62,682 bases of DNA, filler included, from Globobulimina sp. (GCA_003354225.1; 22 parts of 22 records of this genome joined end to end with filler, not necessarily neighbours in it), one strand, 5' to 3'; positions 20,058 to 34,154 are shown, numbered from the whole stretch's first letter. Program-made: numbers and translations. The notes: a model not told the origin generated them from the sequence alone.

Positions 20058-22739
20058 ATGGGGAGAATGATCAAGACATTTACTGTATTGAATGTAGATC
20101 ACAAATTGTCTACAATGGATCCATCCCAAATAGCATTGCAAGATCAAGAGTCAGTATCTGTAGATTCATATATTGTATCTGAAGTGGATGAAGAATTACT
20201 AATCTTGATTGAATTTACGAAACTAATTAATTTATATTCATTCAAAATATATGCATTGGCACAAGAGAATGACGACATAGCAGATGCTTCTCCTCCCAAA
20301 AACGTTGCTGTTTATAAAACACAACATTTGAATATTAATTTTGATGATATCAAATCATTAAAAGCAGATAAATCAATTACATGCACACCAACAAAATTAG
20401 TCAAAGGACAAAAAATCAGTTTGAAGAAAAAAGCATTTACGTTCAGCAAAATTAAATATTTAGCCATATATATCAGTTCTAATCAAAATGACTCTGAGAA
20501 TACATATTTAAATGGCATTGAGTTTAAAGGTGAAATTGATAAATCAGGAGATAATCAAATTTCATTTCAGAACACATTGAATATGAATAGTGAGAGCTAT
20601 GTATTTGAGCAGGCCAATAAAGAAAATTCAAATAAATTACATGCATTAACACGATCATTAATGGAATTAAAAGATGAAATTACTCCCATTAATTCAGAAT
20701 ATTTATTGAATGCAAATATTGTTTGTCATTCATACAATAATTGTGAATTGAATGAATGCGAATCGTTGCAGCGTATCAGTGGTGTTTTGAAGAGATATAA
20801 CAGATATCATTACAGCAAACAACAAAAAACACATAACAATGATGAAGACATCAACATTGACCATATTTTTGAGGATAAGTATAAAAATCAAGATTTGCTC
20901 AATGATTATCATCATTTATTATTTAGCCATAATCACCAATTTGAGGAGATTTATAGCAAATTAGTTTTGAATGGTGATGTTGGAACAGTTTGTAATATAT
21001 CCAAATGTATGATGATAAGACGGAATCAGCGAAACAGAGCATCATTTTGTGGGTATGATTCAAAGTTATCTCAATTGTATTATGGTGATGATATTGTCAA
21101 ACAACAGCTAATTGATACGATTCATTGTTTTTATTTGCATACATTTGATGTTGGAGTTCGGTTTACAAATAAAGACAAAGAAGAGATTAGCAACCAAGAA
21201 ATGAAACATAATGATTGTGATTGCGATTCATTTGATATGAATGTGGCAAAAATCGATGCATATATCAGACGAAAACAACGAGAAACTGATTCAGGCCATT
21301 CCGAAATACCGCGAGATTTGAATAGTAAATATGTGCTGAATGAAACTTATAATAATAAAAATGATTATAGTTTTGGATATTGTTATTTTTATTGGTCTTA
21401 TTATAAGAATAGCAAAATGTTACATGATGATGCTGACGGCATTCGAGCACCAAACATTTTGAGACTGGAAGTAAATCCTGGTGCTGTATGTGGCGATTTC
21501 TATGTTGAGAAAACATTTAAGAATTTTAAGGTATATATCATAAAAAAATAATAAGACAACACCAAACTTTCCAACAGAGAATGTTTTTGAACTTTTATGA
21601 CAATTAATTTTGTGATAGAAACGCGAATTAAATGTTATCGTATATCGATTTCCGTGAGTCTGTGAGTGCAGTGTCATAATAAATTGCATTATTTAATTTG
21701 TGTAATACATAGATGGAGATATTAAATAACCGCATTTGTGTAATTGGTGAGAATCAATGGAATAAATTGGTTGAACAGACAGATGCTTTGATGTTAACTA
21801 TTCACGTAAAGAGCATTTATTGTAAATTGAGAAAAACAGCAAACTGCTTTGATATGAAATACCAACAACTTATCACTGGCAATCATTTATTGGCGTTACT
21901 ATTATATTGCAGTTATACGGTATGTAACTATGTAATGTTTACACTTTGCAATATTTTTCCTTTTAAACGCGTACGTTTTTACAAGATTTTGCAACGTAAA
22001 TTCTCAGATACATATAGAAAATGTCAAAACGAAAAAATCGAAGAAATGAAGGAAAGACACAGAAATTATTATCATTTTGGAAGATATTTGAGAGAATGTG
22101 TTGATTGTTTTGGACTGGAACCTTCTGTGTATGACACAATTGATTATTTTAAGAGATCGAATAAACAGTTATGGTCCAAAATGGTGTACCATGGGGTCAA
22201 TAAACATTTTTCCTTTCAATCAATGAATGCAATTATTCGCGGACCATTGAGTACCACCACAGATTACATGGTTGCACGCAATTTTTCTGGCATTACAGGA
22301 ATGATCTTAGAGTTTGATACCAAGTATTTTTGGATTGATCCATTTTCTTTTCATTCAAACGATGGGAATAAGGAATTTTTTTTAAGATGTTTTGATTGTC
22401 ATTGGCTGAGTCCCTATGCTAATGAGTCTGAAATATTGTTTATTGGCGGATCAGCGCCATTTGTGTTTTCCACAATTATTAGATTAGACGGACAAAATTA
22501 TGAGAAATATCTCAAAGGAATCAGGCAAATGTGCTATTTTATGGCAACGAGTGGTTCGTACGAATATAAAAATATGCCACGAACGAATGAAGAAAAACAA
22601 ATTGTGTACAGATTATTATCGCATGCATTGTATACAAACTGTCCTCATCACGCAGAAGCTCATGAATTTAAAAGTTGTCCTCAATATATAAAACATTTAT
22701 TGTCATATCATATGAAAGCAATTAAATTGATGTGTTTTT
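20058..22739 (+). CDS. PITH-domain protein with a C-terminal ADP-ribosyltransferase-like region (introns ~21531-21712 and ~21920-21985; 3' partial)
   Basis: PITH: SEVDEELLILIEF..INLYSFKIYA..ASPPKNV..INFDD..F.KIKYLAIYISSNQ..T.LNGIEFKG. C-terminal YHG...GPLSTTT...A.NF...GMILE...SPYANESEILF. Confidence 0.7.
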
Positions 22740-22839
22740 NNNNNNNNNNNNNNNNNNNNNNNNNNNNNNNNNNNNNNNNNNNNTTAATTAATTAANNNNN
22801 NNNNNNNNNNNNNNNNNNNNNNNNNNNNNNNNNNNNNNN

Positions 22840-24533
22840 TTCAAATTGAACAATATTTACAGAAACAATTTGATTTCAATCAATTAAACATCCAGATATT
22901 AAGAAATTTTTTTAAATATAATATCTCTCAAAAGTTTGATCATATTTCTTTTAAAATAAACATTGAGGATAAAAGCGGTATTTTCAATGTAAATATTCCA
23001 ATGCTAAATAATGATAATATAATAATTAAGCAACAAATCATGGACAAAATGAACCAAAAATACCAGATAAATGGCAGAATTTTGTTGCAATCATCAATGA
23101 ATGAATTAATTATAAAATATAAAATAAAGGGAGAAGAAAATGACTCACATATTTTATTTGACACTAATTCCAATACATTTTGTCATATTATTTCTGATAT
23201 TATCACTGATTCCAACATTGCAATCAATAAAAGCGAAATATTAATCCCCAGACGTGTTATATTTGTAATTGATAGAAGTGGAAGTATGAACGGTTCAAAA
23301 TGGGATAAAACAATATCAGCCACCATTTGTGCAATAAAACAATTAAGAAACGGCGTTGATAGATTTCGGATCATTTTATTTGATAATAATATTCAATTAT
23401 TGCCATACAAAAATGTAAGAGGCTGTATATTGACCAATGATAAATGTGTGTTGAATTGCATTGAGATGTTGCAAAATGAAAAAACAAACGGAAGTACCAA
23501 TATTAATGATGCTTTATTAAAAGCAATTGAATTGATTAAAATTGATATATTATTATTAAATAATGATAATAAATGTGCATATAATTTTTTTATGAATCAA
23601 ATTATGTTTGTTACAGATGGTGAAGCAAATTGTGGTCAAACAGACACCAAAAAAATATTAACAAATGTTAAAAATGCAAACGATTTGGCTCAAATTGATA
23701 AATATAATACTAAAATCTGTATATTTTCATTTGGTGTGGGGAGAGATGGAAATGATTCGGGTTGGATTCAAGATTTAAATCATTCATTTTTGAAATTATT
23801 GTCCGTAAATAATAATGGTTTTTATCAACGAATTAAAGAAACCTCAACTGATTCTATTTTAAGTGAATATTTTAATATTTTATCAAAACCAATTTTATCA
23901 AATATTGATGTCAAATATAAAAATAAAAACGTAAATAATTTAACAAACACAAAATTTAATATATTATATTCTGGAAATGATATTATTATTTGTGGAAAAA
24001 TTGAAAATAATAAGGACTGTACTTTATCAGTAACTGTATCCGCAATCACTGGGAAGCAAATAACAGAAAATGATAAATTAATAATAGAACCAATAAATAT
24101 TACAAAACAATTTAAAATTAATTATATGATTAACGATATAAATGATGCAGAACGAATCTGGGCATACTTGAAACTTCAACAATTTGCCAAACAAAAATTA
24201 ATTTGCAGTGATATGATTGAAGTGGATGACGATGAACAAAAAGAGCACGAATCCTTACCATTATCATTAGCATTAAAGTATAAGTTTGTCACACCATGGA
24301 GCTCAATGATTGTTGTAAAGAAAAAAGTTGCTATCAAACCAGAAAATGACGAAAAAAAAGAAGAGAAAGAAAATGCTGACATGGTTTGTGCAATGACTTG
24401 CTTTGCTTTTGGTACATTTTTTATCAAATTATTTGATAGAAAAACCTCGAAACTTTTTTTCGACATATCCACAAACAACACACATAATTACTATAAACAA
24501 GAGTACATATTACATAGTACCATTTGCAAATGA
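22840..24533 (+). CDS. vWA-domain protein of the ITIH/VIT type (5' partial; 3' end uncertain)
   Basis: MIDAS motif VIFVIDRSGSM, GSTNINDALLKA, MFVTDGEAN, FSFGVG, LYSGNDIIICGK, ERIWAYL and LALKYKFVTPWSSMIVVK. Confidence 0.88.
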
Positions 24534-25593
24534 CAAGCCGTAAAATTAAACCCGGGGTAAGACCCCTGAAACCAGGAATGGGCGGTTATGGCAAAGCCAA
24601 AGTAGGTCACGGTAACAAACCCGGTTTCGGTTCCTCCAAACACAAGCCAGGAATGACCCGTTTACGCACCGTCTGGATCACGCAACCCTCACAGAACCAA
24701 TTCAAAGAGGATTATGCCATATTAAAACAAATCGTCGAACCGGGGCAGTTCGGCAAAGCCTATCAATGCAAGAAAAAGAAGGACGGCATGATATGTGCGG
24801 TGAAAGAGATTAGCAAAGCGCGCATCTACAGATTGCACCCCTCCGACAATATCCGTCAATCATTATTGAAATCCATGCAAGCCGAGATTGACATTATGCG
24901 CAGATTAAAACACCGCTACATTGTCAACATGTACGGCACCTACGAGACCAAGCATACTTTGCACATTGTGATGGAGGAATGTAAAGGCGGCGAGTTGTTC
25001 GATAGGATCAAGGCCAAACGAAGGTATCCCGAACAAGACGCAAAACCTATCATAAGAATGGCGTGCGAGGCCTTATTTTATATGCATGACCAACACCGTG
25101 TGGTTCATTGTGATTTGAAACCCGATAAGTTGGGTACCGTACATCTGTATGGCTGCGTACATCAATCAACATAAATACATAAACAGCATATTATTCGTGT
25201 CAGATGACGAGAAATCTGACATTAAAATCATCGACTTTGGTATGAGCAAAGTGCTCCCCAGACTCAGGTCTTTGCGCGAATTATGCGGGACGCCCTATTA
25301 CACGGCGCCAGAGATTATAAACGGTGACTATTCGCATGCTGCCGATATGTGGAGTATTGGCGTGATTGCCTATGTGATGGTATTCGGCTTTCCTCCGTTT
25401 TACGTGGATCCTAACAAGTATTACGGCGTCAAGGAGACCAAAGAAATCTATAAATTGATCTTAAAGGGCTTCGACCCGCAAGTAAAAGTTAAGCAAATGT
25501 TGCGAAAATGCGTACGGTATAATATGCATATACTACACAGAAAGGGTACGGAGCCTGGTTTCCGCGCGCTTTGTCCAACAAATTGAGCAAAAT
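24530..25593 (+). CDS. CAMK-group Ser/Thr protein kinase (introns 25129-25186 and ~25488-25540; 3' partial)
   Basis: GQFG, AVKEI, VMEECKGGELFD, HCDLKPD|NILF, IIDFG, CGTPYYTAPE and DMWSIGV. Confidence 0.93.
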
Positions 25594-25693
25594 NNNNNNN
25601 NNNNNNNNNNNNNNNNNNNNNNNNNNNNNNNNNNNNNTTAATTAATTAANNNNNNNNNNNNNNNNNNNNNNNNNNNNNNNNNNNNNNNNNNNN

Positions 25694-27789
25694 ATATAAC
25701 AAAGCATTGAATACGCCTGGCACATATAACACAAATGGGTTTGGTTTGGCATGTTGGGGTCCAATGATAGTTATGATTTGCTTACATATCTCCTTACATT
25801 CTACAAACAAAAAACGTTTCTATTTCTGACAGAATGTCTGCAGAGACCCTCGGTGGGGAAGGTTTGTAAGTTGAAATTCATAATATTATTGTTAAAATGT
25901 TTTGTTTTTTTCTATTAGATGTCAAGAGGGATACGGTGAGGATCCCTTTTTGCAATCTGAGATGGCCCGCGCTTATATACCGTCATTGCAATATGACCCG
26001 ACGAAGCCACAATATATGGAAGCTTTGTCAACTGCGAAGCATTTTGATTTACACAATGGCCCCGAAGATGGACGTGCCTCTTTTGATACAATTGGAAATT
26101 ATCGAGACTGGCAGGAAACTTTCTTGCCTCAATTTGAAGCTGCAGTGAAAGCAGGCACGTCATCGCTAATGTGTTCCTACAATGAGATCAATGGTGTTCC
26201 AGCCTGTGCCAATCGAGAATTATTGACTGATATATTGCGGACTGAATGGGGGTTTGATGGATATGTGACAAGTGACTGTGGTGCCGTGCCACAAATATAT
26301 TCTTCGCAAAAAGCATCCCGTACAATTTATGAAGCTGCGGAAATGGCTATAAAGGCCGGATGTGACTGGATTGGAAGTTGTAGCGGTCCTAAAAGTATGT
26401 TTTTAGCTTTGTACGAAGCAATCATTAATGGAACCTGTCCTGCGTTTTATTTGGACGATGCATTGCGCCGTGTGTTGCCCTTTTGGTTTAAGTTAGGTCT
26501 CATCGACGAACCTATGTATGGGCCGTGGAAAGATTTAAATTTGTTCGATGTGTATCATGAAAATGAAAAATTAGCATTCGAAACGGCATACAAATCAATG
26601 GTATTATTGAAAAATGAAAATGAGTATTTACCGATTAATTTCACTGCAAAGATTGAGAATAAAGTGAAGAAATATGCATTTGCTGTCATTGGTCCGTGTG
26701 CGAATAATACTGATTGTTACAGTGGTGATTATACAGGGAATCCATTGGTATATGTATCGCCTTTAACATCTTTAGCTGCACAGATTGGTGAAGGAAATTA
26801 TATTTACTATCCAGGATGTACCGATGCATCATGCACCACTCCGATTGATTGGCATGGCATAGCTTCTGCTGTGCAACAATCAGGTATAATATTTTAGATT
26901 TGACAATTATTTTATTGTTACTGTTTTGCAAATTGCGTTTGTAGATAATATAATATTTGTTGGCGGTGATAGTGTCAAGCAAGGCGCGGAAGGACATGAT
27001 AGAAAACAAATTGAATTACCAACAGTTCAATCAAGATTGTTTGAAATGGTTTATAACTCAATGAGTGACGCAGATACTTCTCAGTCACTAATGACAGTTT
27101 TAACATATGGTGCTCCGGTGGTGGATCAATTTATGTTTGATCATTCCATTGCGATTTTAGGTGCGGGATACGGCGGGGAACAGACGGGCGAGGCTGTGGT
27201 TGCTTTATTAAATGGTTCTGTTGTGCCAAGTGGTAAATTAACAACGACATGGTTTCATAGTTCAAATGAGATTGCTGATATGGCAAATTATAATATGTCA
27301 TATGGTTTAGGCAGAACGTATAGATATTATCGGAGTGTACCAATATGGAGCTTTGGTTATGGTTTATCATATACGACATTTAATTATAATAATTTAAAAT
27401 TATCAGCAAGCAATATACAACCATGTCAAGCTATAACTGTCAGTTTTACTGTGACCAATAATGGTAATATTTATACTGCTGATGAAAGTTCTGAAGTGTA
27501 TTTACGAATAATGAATAGAACATATGTAACGGATAATTTAAGATTAGTTAATTTCACAAGAAATGAGGATATAAAACCAAAACAAAAGGTTGATATTGAA
27601 TTAATAATATCACCACAATGGATGTGCGTAATTGAGCCATATAGTTATGATAAAATAATTATTCCCGGGGACTATCAAGTTATGGTTGGTGGTGTATTGG
27701 AATTGGATCGAGATAGGACATATCCCACATTATTAAAACAAACATTTACCATTTCTGGAGAACCTACACCAATCAAAAATTGCCAATGA
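25694..27789 (+). CDS. Glycoside hydrolase family 3 (beta-xylosidase/glucosidase) with Fn3-like C-terminus; several short introns; 5' partial
   Basis: RDPRWGR|CQEGYGEDP, KHF, MCSYNEINGVPACAN, GYVTSDCGA, SMVLLKN, AEGHDR and GRTYRYY..FGYGLSYTTF. Confidence 0.95.
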
Positions 27790-27870
27790 TTTTTTTCCTT
27801 TTTGTAGACCAACATCAAAAACAATCAACTCTTCAATTCTCTTGTAAAAACGCGCAAAAAACAACTCGAA

Positions 27871-28447
27871 ATGACGCAATTTATGCAAGACAATGAACAG
27901 TTTGTATTTAAAAATATGAGATATCACATTCAGGAAAAGATAGCGGATGATACCTATACAAATGGCGAAATTTATTTAGTAAACAAAATGTGCTTTCCGC
28001 AGAAAGAGCATGGCGATGTATATGCTATGAAATTAGTTGTGTTGACGTTATATCCTAATCCCTATAATTTACAAATTTATAATTAATTGTTTCGAATTCA
28101 GGTAAAACGAGATTTTGATCAAGAGGAAGAACAATTAGATCATATGACAAATGAAATTGAATCAATGATAACGTGTAAAGATTATGGTGATCATTTTCTA
28201 CAAATCCATGATTATGGAACTTCACAATTCAAAAATAATTTTTTTTATGTAATGATTTTCGAATATGTTGAGGGTGGACTTACATTTGAAGAATATTTAA
28301 ATGATTTACCTGGACATACTTTATCTGAGCAGGAAGCATATTTTTGGTTCAGCCAATTGATGGAAATATATCGAGATTTAATTCATTGCAAAATTATGCA
28401 TCGAGCAATCACTCCGGAAAACCTGTACATTTCACATGAATATGCTG
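27871..28447 (+). CDS. Protein kinase-like protein, probable pseudokinase (partial)
   Basis: YAMKL|VK, NEIE, VMIFEYVEGG, EA.FWFSQL and IMHRAITPENL, which lacks the catalytic Asp. Confidence 0.7.
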
Positions 28448-28547
28448 NNNNNNNNNNNNNNNNNNNNNNNNNNNNNNNNNNNNNNNNNNNNTTAATTAAT
28501 TAANNNNNNNNNNNNNNNNNNNNNNNNNNNNNNNNNNNNNNNNNNNN

Positions 28548-29452
28548 CAGAGCCTGTCACAGCAATAACAGAATTTATTGTAGATAATGTCAGCCATAAC
28601 CAAGTCAGATGAAATAAACATACAACAGGCATTCACGAAACAGTCAATAGTCCATAACGTTGCTGTTATTGGGCTGTCCGCATTATTACATGCTACACCT
28701 GCATCACATAAAGAAAAAGCTAAGATTTTTATGAATAAATACAATTGTGTGGATATAATGGCCACTGATGTTATGACTGTTAGTTTGGAGGCAATCTTTA
28801 TAACCGATAGTTGCCGATCATTCAACATGAAGCCGTTTCCACTGTTATTGTTATTAAATACATATAAGTCCGAATTCAATGTCCATAATTTAGAAATAAA
28901 TATATATAATAAAGAAGTGGATACAATAAAATCCACGATTGTCTCAGTTATGTCCCGTGCTTTGTAAGCACGAATTATAAAAACATGAGCAAGCGTTGCT
29001 ACTTTTGATACTACGTAAAAGATAATGAATATTAAATTTGTGAGTGCAAAGATAAAAATTCCTGCATAAATTGGATAATAATATTTTGGAGGGAACTCAT
29101 ATTTTGTGCCTTTGAAAGAATATATTAATCTTTCAGTGAAGAGGAGGTACACAAAGATTTGCCCTAAACACCAGGAAGATGAATAAATTACAGTTGAAAT
29201 CCAAAAATTTGACATGTCTGAATAATTGTCATTGTTCCATTTAACGGTTTCATGATAACATTTGCCAATGGATGAAATAGTAAAGAAAATCACCCCACAC
29301 ACAGTAAACCGCCTAATTAAATTAGTTATAAATTTGAAGTGTAAGACTTGAATGTTAAACCAAACCATGGCTAATGTGAGTACACACAAAATTGCAAAGA
29401 ATCCTTGACACCAGATTGCAACTTGCCATACAGGTGAGATAGCTGAATCCAT
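28548..29452 (-). CDS. Seven-TM (serpentine-receptor-like) membrane protein, paralogue A
   Basis: About seven hydrophobic helices, WCLGQIFVYLLF.ERL.YSFKGTKY, and a Cys-rich tail (YNKFCYCCD). Confidence 0.7.
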
Positions 29453-29713
29453 TGTGAGTTAAAAAAGTTTTTGATGTTTTATTACAAATCATAAATAATG
29501 ACAAACAAATTAAATGACAAAAGGAATATAATTCATCATGAAAGAAATTTGGATTTATGCAGCATTGAACGAGAAATGCGATATGACATTTTTTGGTGTG
29601 TTCGGCGAAGGGGGTTTGACACACTGTGATACTTGGAAAGTTTTTGATGTTTTATGAAAAAAAAAACTGAGACAAAAAAGAAATTACTATGCTATGATAA
29701 AATCCACTGCAGA

Positions 29714-30900
29714 CTACAGTTCCAATTCTCTGTTCGAACAAGACACCGGATCAGTAACCTCATATAAAAACTGTTGAATCAGACCGTTTGTATTACTTTC
29801 AGTTTTAGATTGAATATTGGAAGGAGTAGTTAATGGCATTGGTATATAATCATTTTTATTTCCCCCCAGACTCTTTTGTGCGATATTCCCACAGCATGCG
29901 ATACATTTGAAATCGCACCAATTACAGATGTGATAATATGCATTTTCCGATGCCATAAAATCAAACGATAAGAAAATGCTTAATATACACAATACGGTTA
30001 CATTTTGTGTATACAATAACTGAGATTTACTATAGATATTTCACCAGAAATCTACACAAAAGTTAACCATATTATATTTATTAAGCAGTCTAAGCACCAA
30101 ATAAAATCAGCAATTGGTAAATAATATAAATATTTGCTTTCCCCACATTCCGTATACGCACACACTTCGTAAATGATTGTTGTATAAATCATTAAAAACT
30201 GTGTCGAAATAATCGCAAACGAAGATATTACAGTCAATCTCGCTGCAATCCGAATTATTGATTCCTGTCTGACATTTAATGTGACATCATATGCATTGAT
30301 GGATGGATTGGCGAAATGGGATAAATCCATACTTAATATCCATAATTTCTTATTAAATACATATAATAAGCCAATTGATAATAAAAAATGGATTATCTGC
30401 TGCGTTAAGTCGCGAACCTCGCCACTATGCAGCAATAAATACGAATTAATAACATTTGTTTGATGCAAAATACGCGTTGCTTGAAAGGTGAAGCTAGAAA
30501 TAAAAAATAAAGCTATTCCAATGTAAAACAAACAATAATATTTTGGGGATGTCTGATATTTTGTACCTTTGAATGAAAATCTTAACCGTTCCATAAACAG
30601 TAAATATACGAAAATCTGCCCTAAACACCAGGTCGATGAGTAAATGAGCGATGGTAACCAATGAGTTATAGCAGACTCATTGTCATCATATCCAGATATT
30701 ATTCTGAGTGTAGTATTTGCAATCGATGAAATTGTAAAAAAAAGAATTCCAAAACCGCTGTAATAACCAATCCGTTTTGTTGTAAATTCAAATTCAAGCA
30801 CGAAAACATTAAACCAGGTTATTAATATTACAAAAATGCAGGTTAACGATGTCAATCCATTTACCCATTTTATAATCTCCCATTGAACAACGATGCTCAT
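29714..30900 (-). CDS. Seven-TM membrane protein, paralogue B (intron near 29995-30070)
   Basis: Shares SSTWCLGQIFVYLLFMERLRFSFKGTKYQ and RQ.S.I.IA..LTVI.S.AIISTQ with paralogue A. The last exon carries YYHICNWCD. Confidence 0.7.
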
Positions 30901-31401
30901 TTTTGATGACTAAAACACTAAAAACACAAAACTTTTTTCCAACCACTCTAATTATTCAAGCAAACCATCCTTTTAAACCTACAAACTAAACAAACTACGA
31001 TATACGATTTGCATTTCGAACAGGTTTGTTTTTGAGATCTTCATTTCTATCGTTGATACACATTACACTCAACGTATGAATATAAAAAGAAAATGAATGA
31101 AAGCAAAACTGAGGAATCGGAATTATTATATTCTTCCGTATTTAAACAAATTCAAGAATGTGGTGATATTGTTTCATCACTGTTATTTATTTATAAATTT
31201 ATCACAGACAATGACATTCCCATTGGATTTAATATTCATAAATTACGTACAATCGCATTGCGTTCCGCGGACAATGAGACGTCGACATATTTATGGCATA
31301 TNNNNNNNNNNNNNNNNNNNNNNNNNNNNNNNNNNNNNNNNNNNNTTAATTAATTAANNNNNNNNNNNNNNNNNNNNNNNNNNNNNNNNNNNNNNNNNNN
31401 N

Positions 31402-32380
31402 ATCAGATATTGATAATTTTACCTCACTATTTCGCAGCAAAGCCGCTGTGAATCTCCCTGCCCAAAATAAAAAAAACAACGCTCCAAAATTAAACACCAA
31501 GATAAAAGTAAGGCGATTTAAACGACAAAAAACCTCTCGAAATAATGACCAACATCATAAGATAAGCATTGTGGACGAAGATGAATACGAAGATGAAGAA
31601 GAGGAGGAACATGATGCCGACCCTGAAATAATTGATGATATTGCTACACATCGCAATCATCGCTCTACGTTGACCAAACCAGCCGAGTTTGAGGGTTTTT
31701 TGGTGCGTAAAATTGGACATAAATGCGATACCATTGGGGAGAAATTATTTTTTCGTTTAAGCAATGATTCGTTTGAGTTTTCAAAGATTGATGAACAATT
31801 AAATGACAATGAACAGGATTTAAAACGGAGGCATTCCAACAATATCTTAGGTTCGATTAGCATCGAACATATAAAATGTGTAAAGATGAAATCGGCGGAG
31901 AATGAGAATGAATTTGTGATTGTATTTAATGAGCATAATAGTAACAGCGATTGGATATTGACCACAGAGAAGAGATTGCGTAATGCCAAGGAATGGGTCG
32001 AGGTATTGTTGAAAGCGCAAAAAGAAGCCAAATATATTGGGAAAACCATCAACGACATCGATGGCGGCGGCAGTGACAGCTACAGCGAGGAGTGTGGCGG
32101 CGGGATGCATGGCCATGGCGGGGACGAGGAAGAGAGTGAGAGTGACAGCCAAGAATTTAATATGAAAAGAAAGAAAAAAAAGAAATTGGGCGGTTCCATC
32201 AAAGCATTGCAGAAAATGATTAATGAGGAAACTATTCACGAGTTGGAAGTGGCGAGGAATCAGGAATTGGATAATAAGAATTTGGTGAATGGATTTGAGA
32301 TCAGCAGTTTAGACAATACCGGCGATATTAATCGTAATAATAGGCAAAATATTGGCTGTTCGTGTTTATGTTTCAAGTAA
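31402..32380 (+). CDS. PH-domain protein with a Cys-rich C-terminus (5' partial)
   Basis: FEGFLVRK...FFRLS..FEF....LGSISIEHI..V....EFVI...WILT....AKEWVEVL; ends GCSCLCFK. Confidence 0.75.
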
Positions 32381-32564
32381 ATATTTATTTCATTTTAAAT
32401 TTTTTTCTCTTTCCCATTTTTTCTAATTTGTTTTATGTGTTTGGATAATTTGTCTTGATTATTATTGACACTTTCTGTTATTTTAAATGTATACTAATTG
32501 TTTTTTTTTTTAGTAAATCCGTGTTTTTCTGTTAAAAAACTGTAAGGTTTTGACATAACGTATC

Positions 32565-34154
32565 ATGTCGTCTGTCGAGTATAATATTGGTGATAAATTG
32601 TCTTTAGTTAAAGGGAAAGAAGGTTTTGTTCGATATAAAGGAGAGCTTGATGGTAGAGACGGAATATATTATGGTATAGAAGTTACATTAGGAAAAGGTA
32701 AACATAGTGGAAAGTATAAAAAGAAGAGATATTTTGAAGTTATTTACCATATATATATCCGAATAACCAACCAAATATTAAATGTATATTCTAAATTTTT
32801 ATAGTGTATAAAAGGAAAAGGTTTATTTGTTGAAAATAAGCACATCATAACAAAGATAAATGATAATATATCACATGAAGAAAATCTAAAACCAAAAAAA
32901 TCAAAAACATCTAAAAAAAAACAAAAATCTAAATACAAAGCAAAACCGAAACAAACAGACACTGAAAATATAAATACTACGAATACGAGTCGCCAACCAA
33001 AAAAAGAGAAGAAAGAGAAAAAGGAGAAAAAAGACAAAAAGAAAAAAGCAAAAAAACAAAAAACTGTGTTAGAATTGGCAGCCGACGACGCCTGGGGTTC
33101 ATCATCTGATTCAGATCAAAAAGACGATGAAAAAAAACAAGACTCCCCACCACCACACAACATATCCAACACTACAATAACTACAATAACCGCATCAAAA
33201 CCAAAAAAGAAAACAAAAAAGAAAATAAAATCAAAACCAAAAGCAAAAGAAATTATACATTCAGTCCCTGCCATTTATGTCAGTGACCAGAAAAAGAAAA
33301 AGAAATACACCAAAAAAGTAGAAATTGTGGATGAAGTATACATTATTTCAGAGAGGTTTATCCATCAAAGACACTCATTGACAATAACCGCAACTGGGAA
33401 ATTATTGTGCCATCCCTGGCAACCAAAAACACACAAAAAAGGTGGCATTATTCGTATCCAATGTGTTTCTCAAATTGTTATTGAAAAAGATGGTATATTT
33501 TAATATTTAATATATATTTTAAAATAATAATAAACACTTACAACACAAACAGGCATACTATCAGCTACAGGCAGGGGTTGGTTTGGACAGTTCGGGATTG
33601 GAAATGCAGAAAAGTTGAAACATTATAATGTTTTTGGTGGTGCAAGCTATGGCAGTCAGGGTATGAATTATTATGACCATAACACGAAAACCCTATTAAG
33701 TAAAGGTCAAACATACGGAAAATCTAATTTGATTAAGTTATATGCCGGCAGCGGTAATAAATACTTGAAAGGTGGTGGCATCATCGAATTAATAGCACCG
33801 CTTATTATTAATGAAGGTGTGGTTGAATGTAATGGCGGTGGCGGATGCAGTGGTGGTTCAATTTTTATTTGTTGTGAAAAGTTTGTCAATAATGGCAACA
33901 TTTTTGCATTGGGTGGCAAAAAAACTTCTTTCTGTGGCAAAGCTGGCAATGGAAGGATTGCAATTTATTGCAATCAATATGAGAATAATGGGAGGATTGT
34001 ACCTAAACCATATCTGCATAAGATACAGACAAAAAAGCAAAGCGAAGAAAGTAAAGAAAGCATTTATGAAATTGGAATGGATATTGTTTCAAACAGAGAG
34101 AGCATAAAAATGAATGTTATTCATAGACAGAAAAATAAGAAAAGTAATTTTTTA
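32565..34154 (+). CDS. CAP-Gly domain + Lys-rich linker + Gly-rich beta-repeat domain protein (introns ~32739-32804 and ~33494-33552; 3' partial)
   Basis: YNIGDKL..GFVRYKG..GIYYGIE..GKHSG...RYFE|C..GKGLFV, then GGII.I, GGASYGSQG, GGGIIEL, GCSGGSIFI and AGNGRIAI. Confidence 0.8.
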
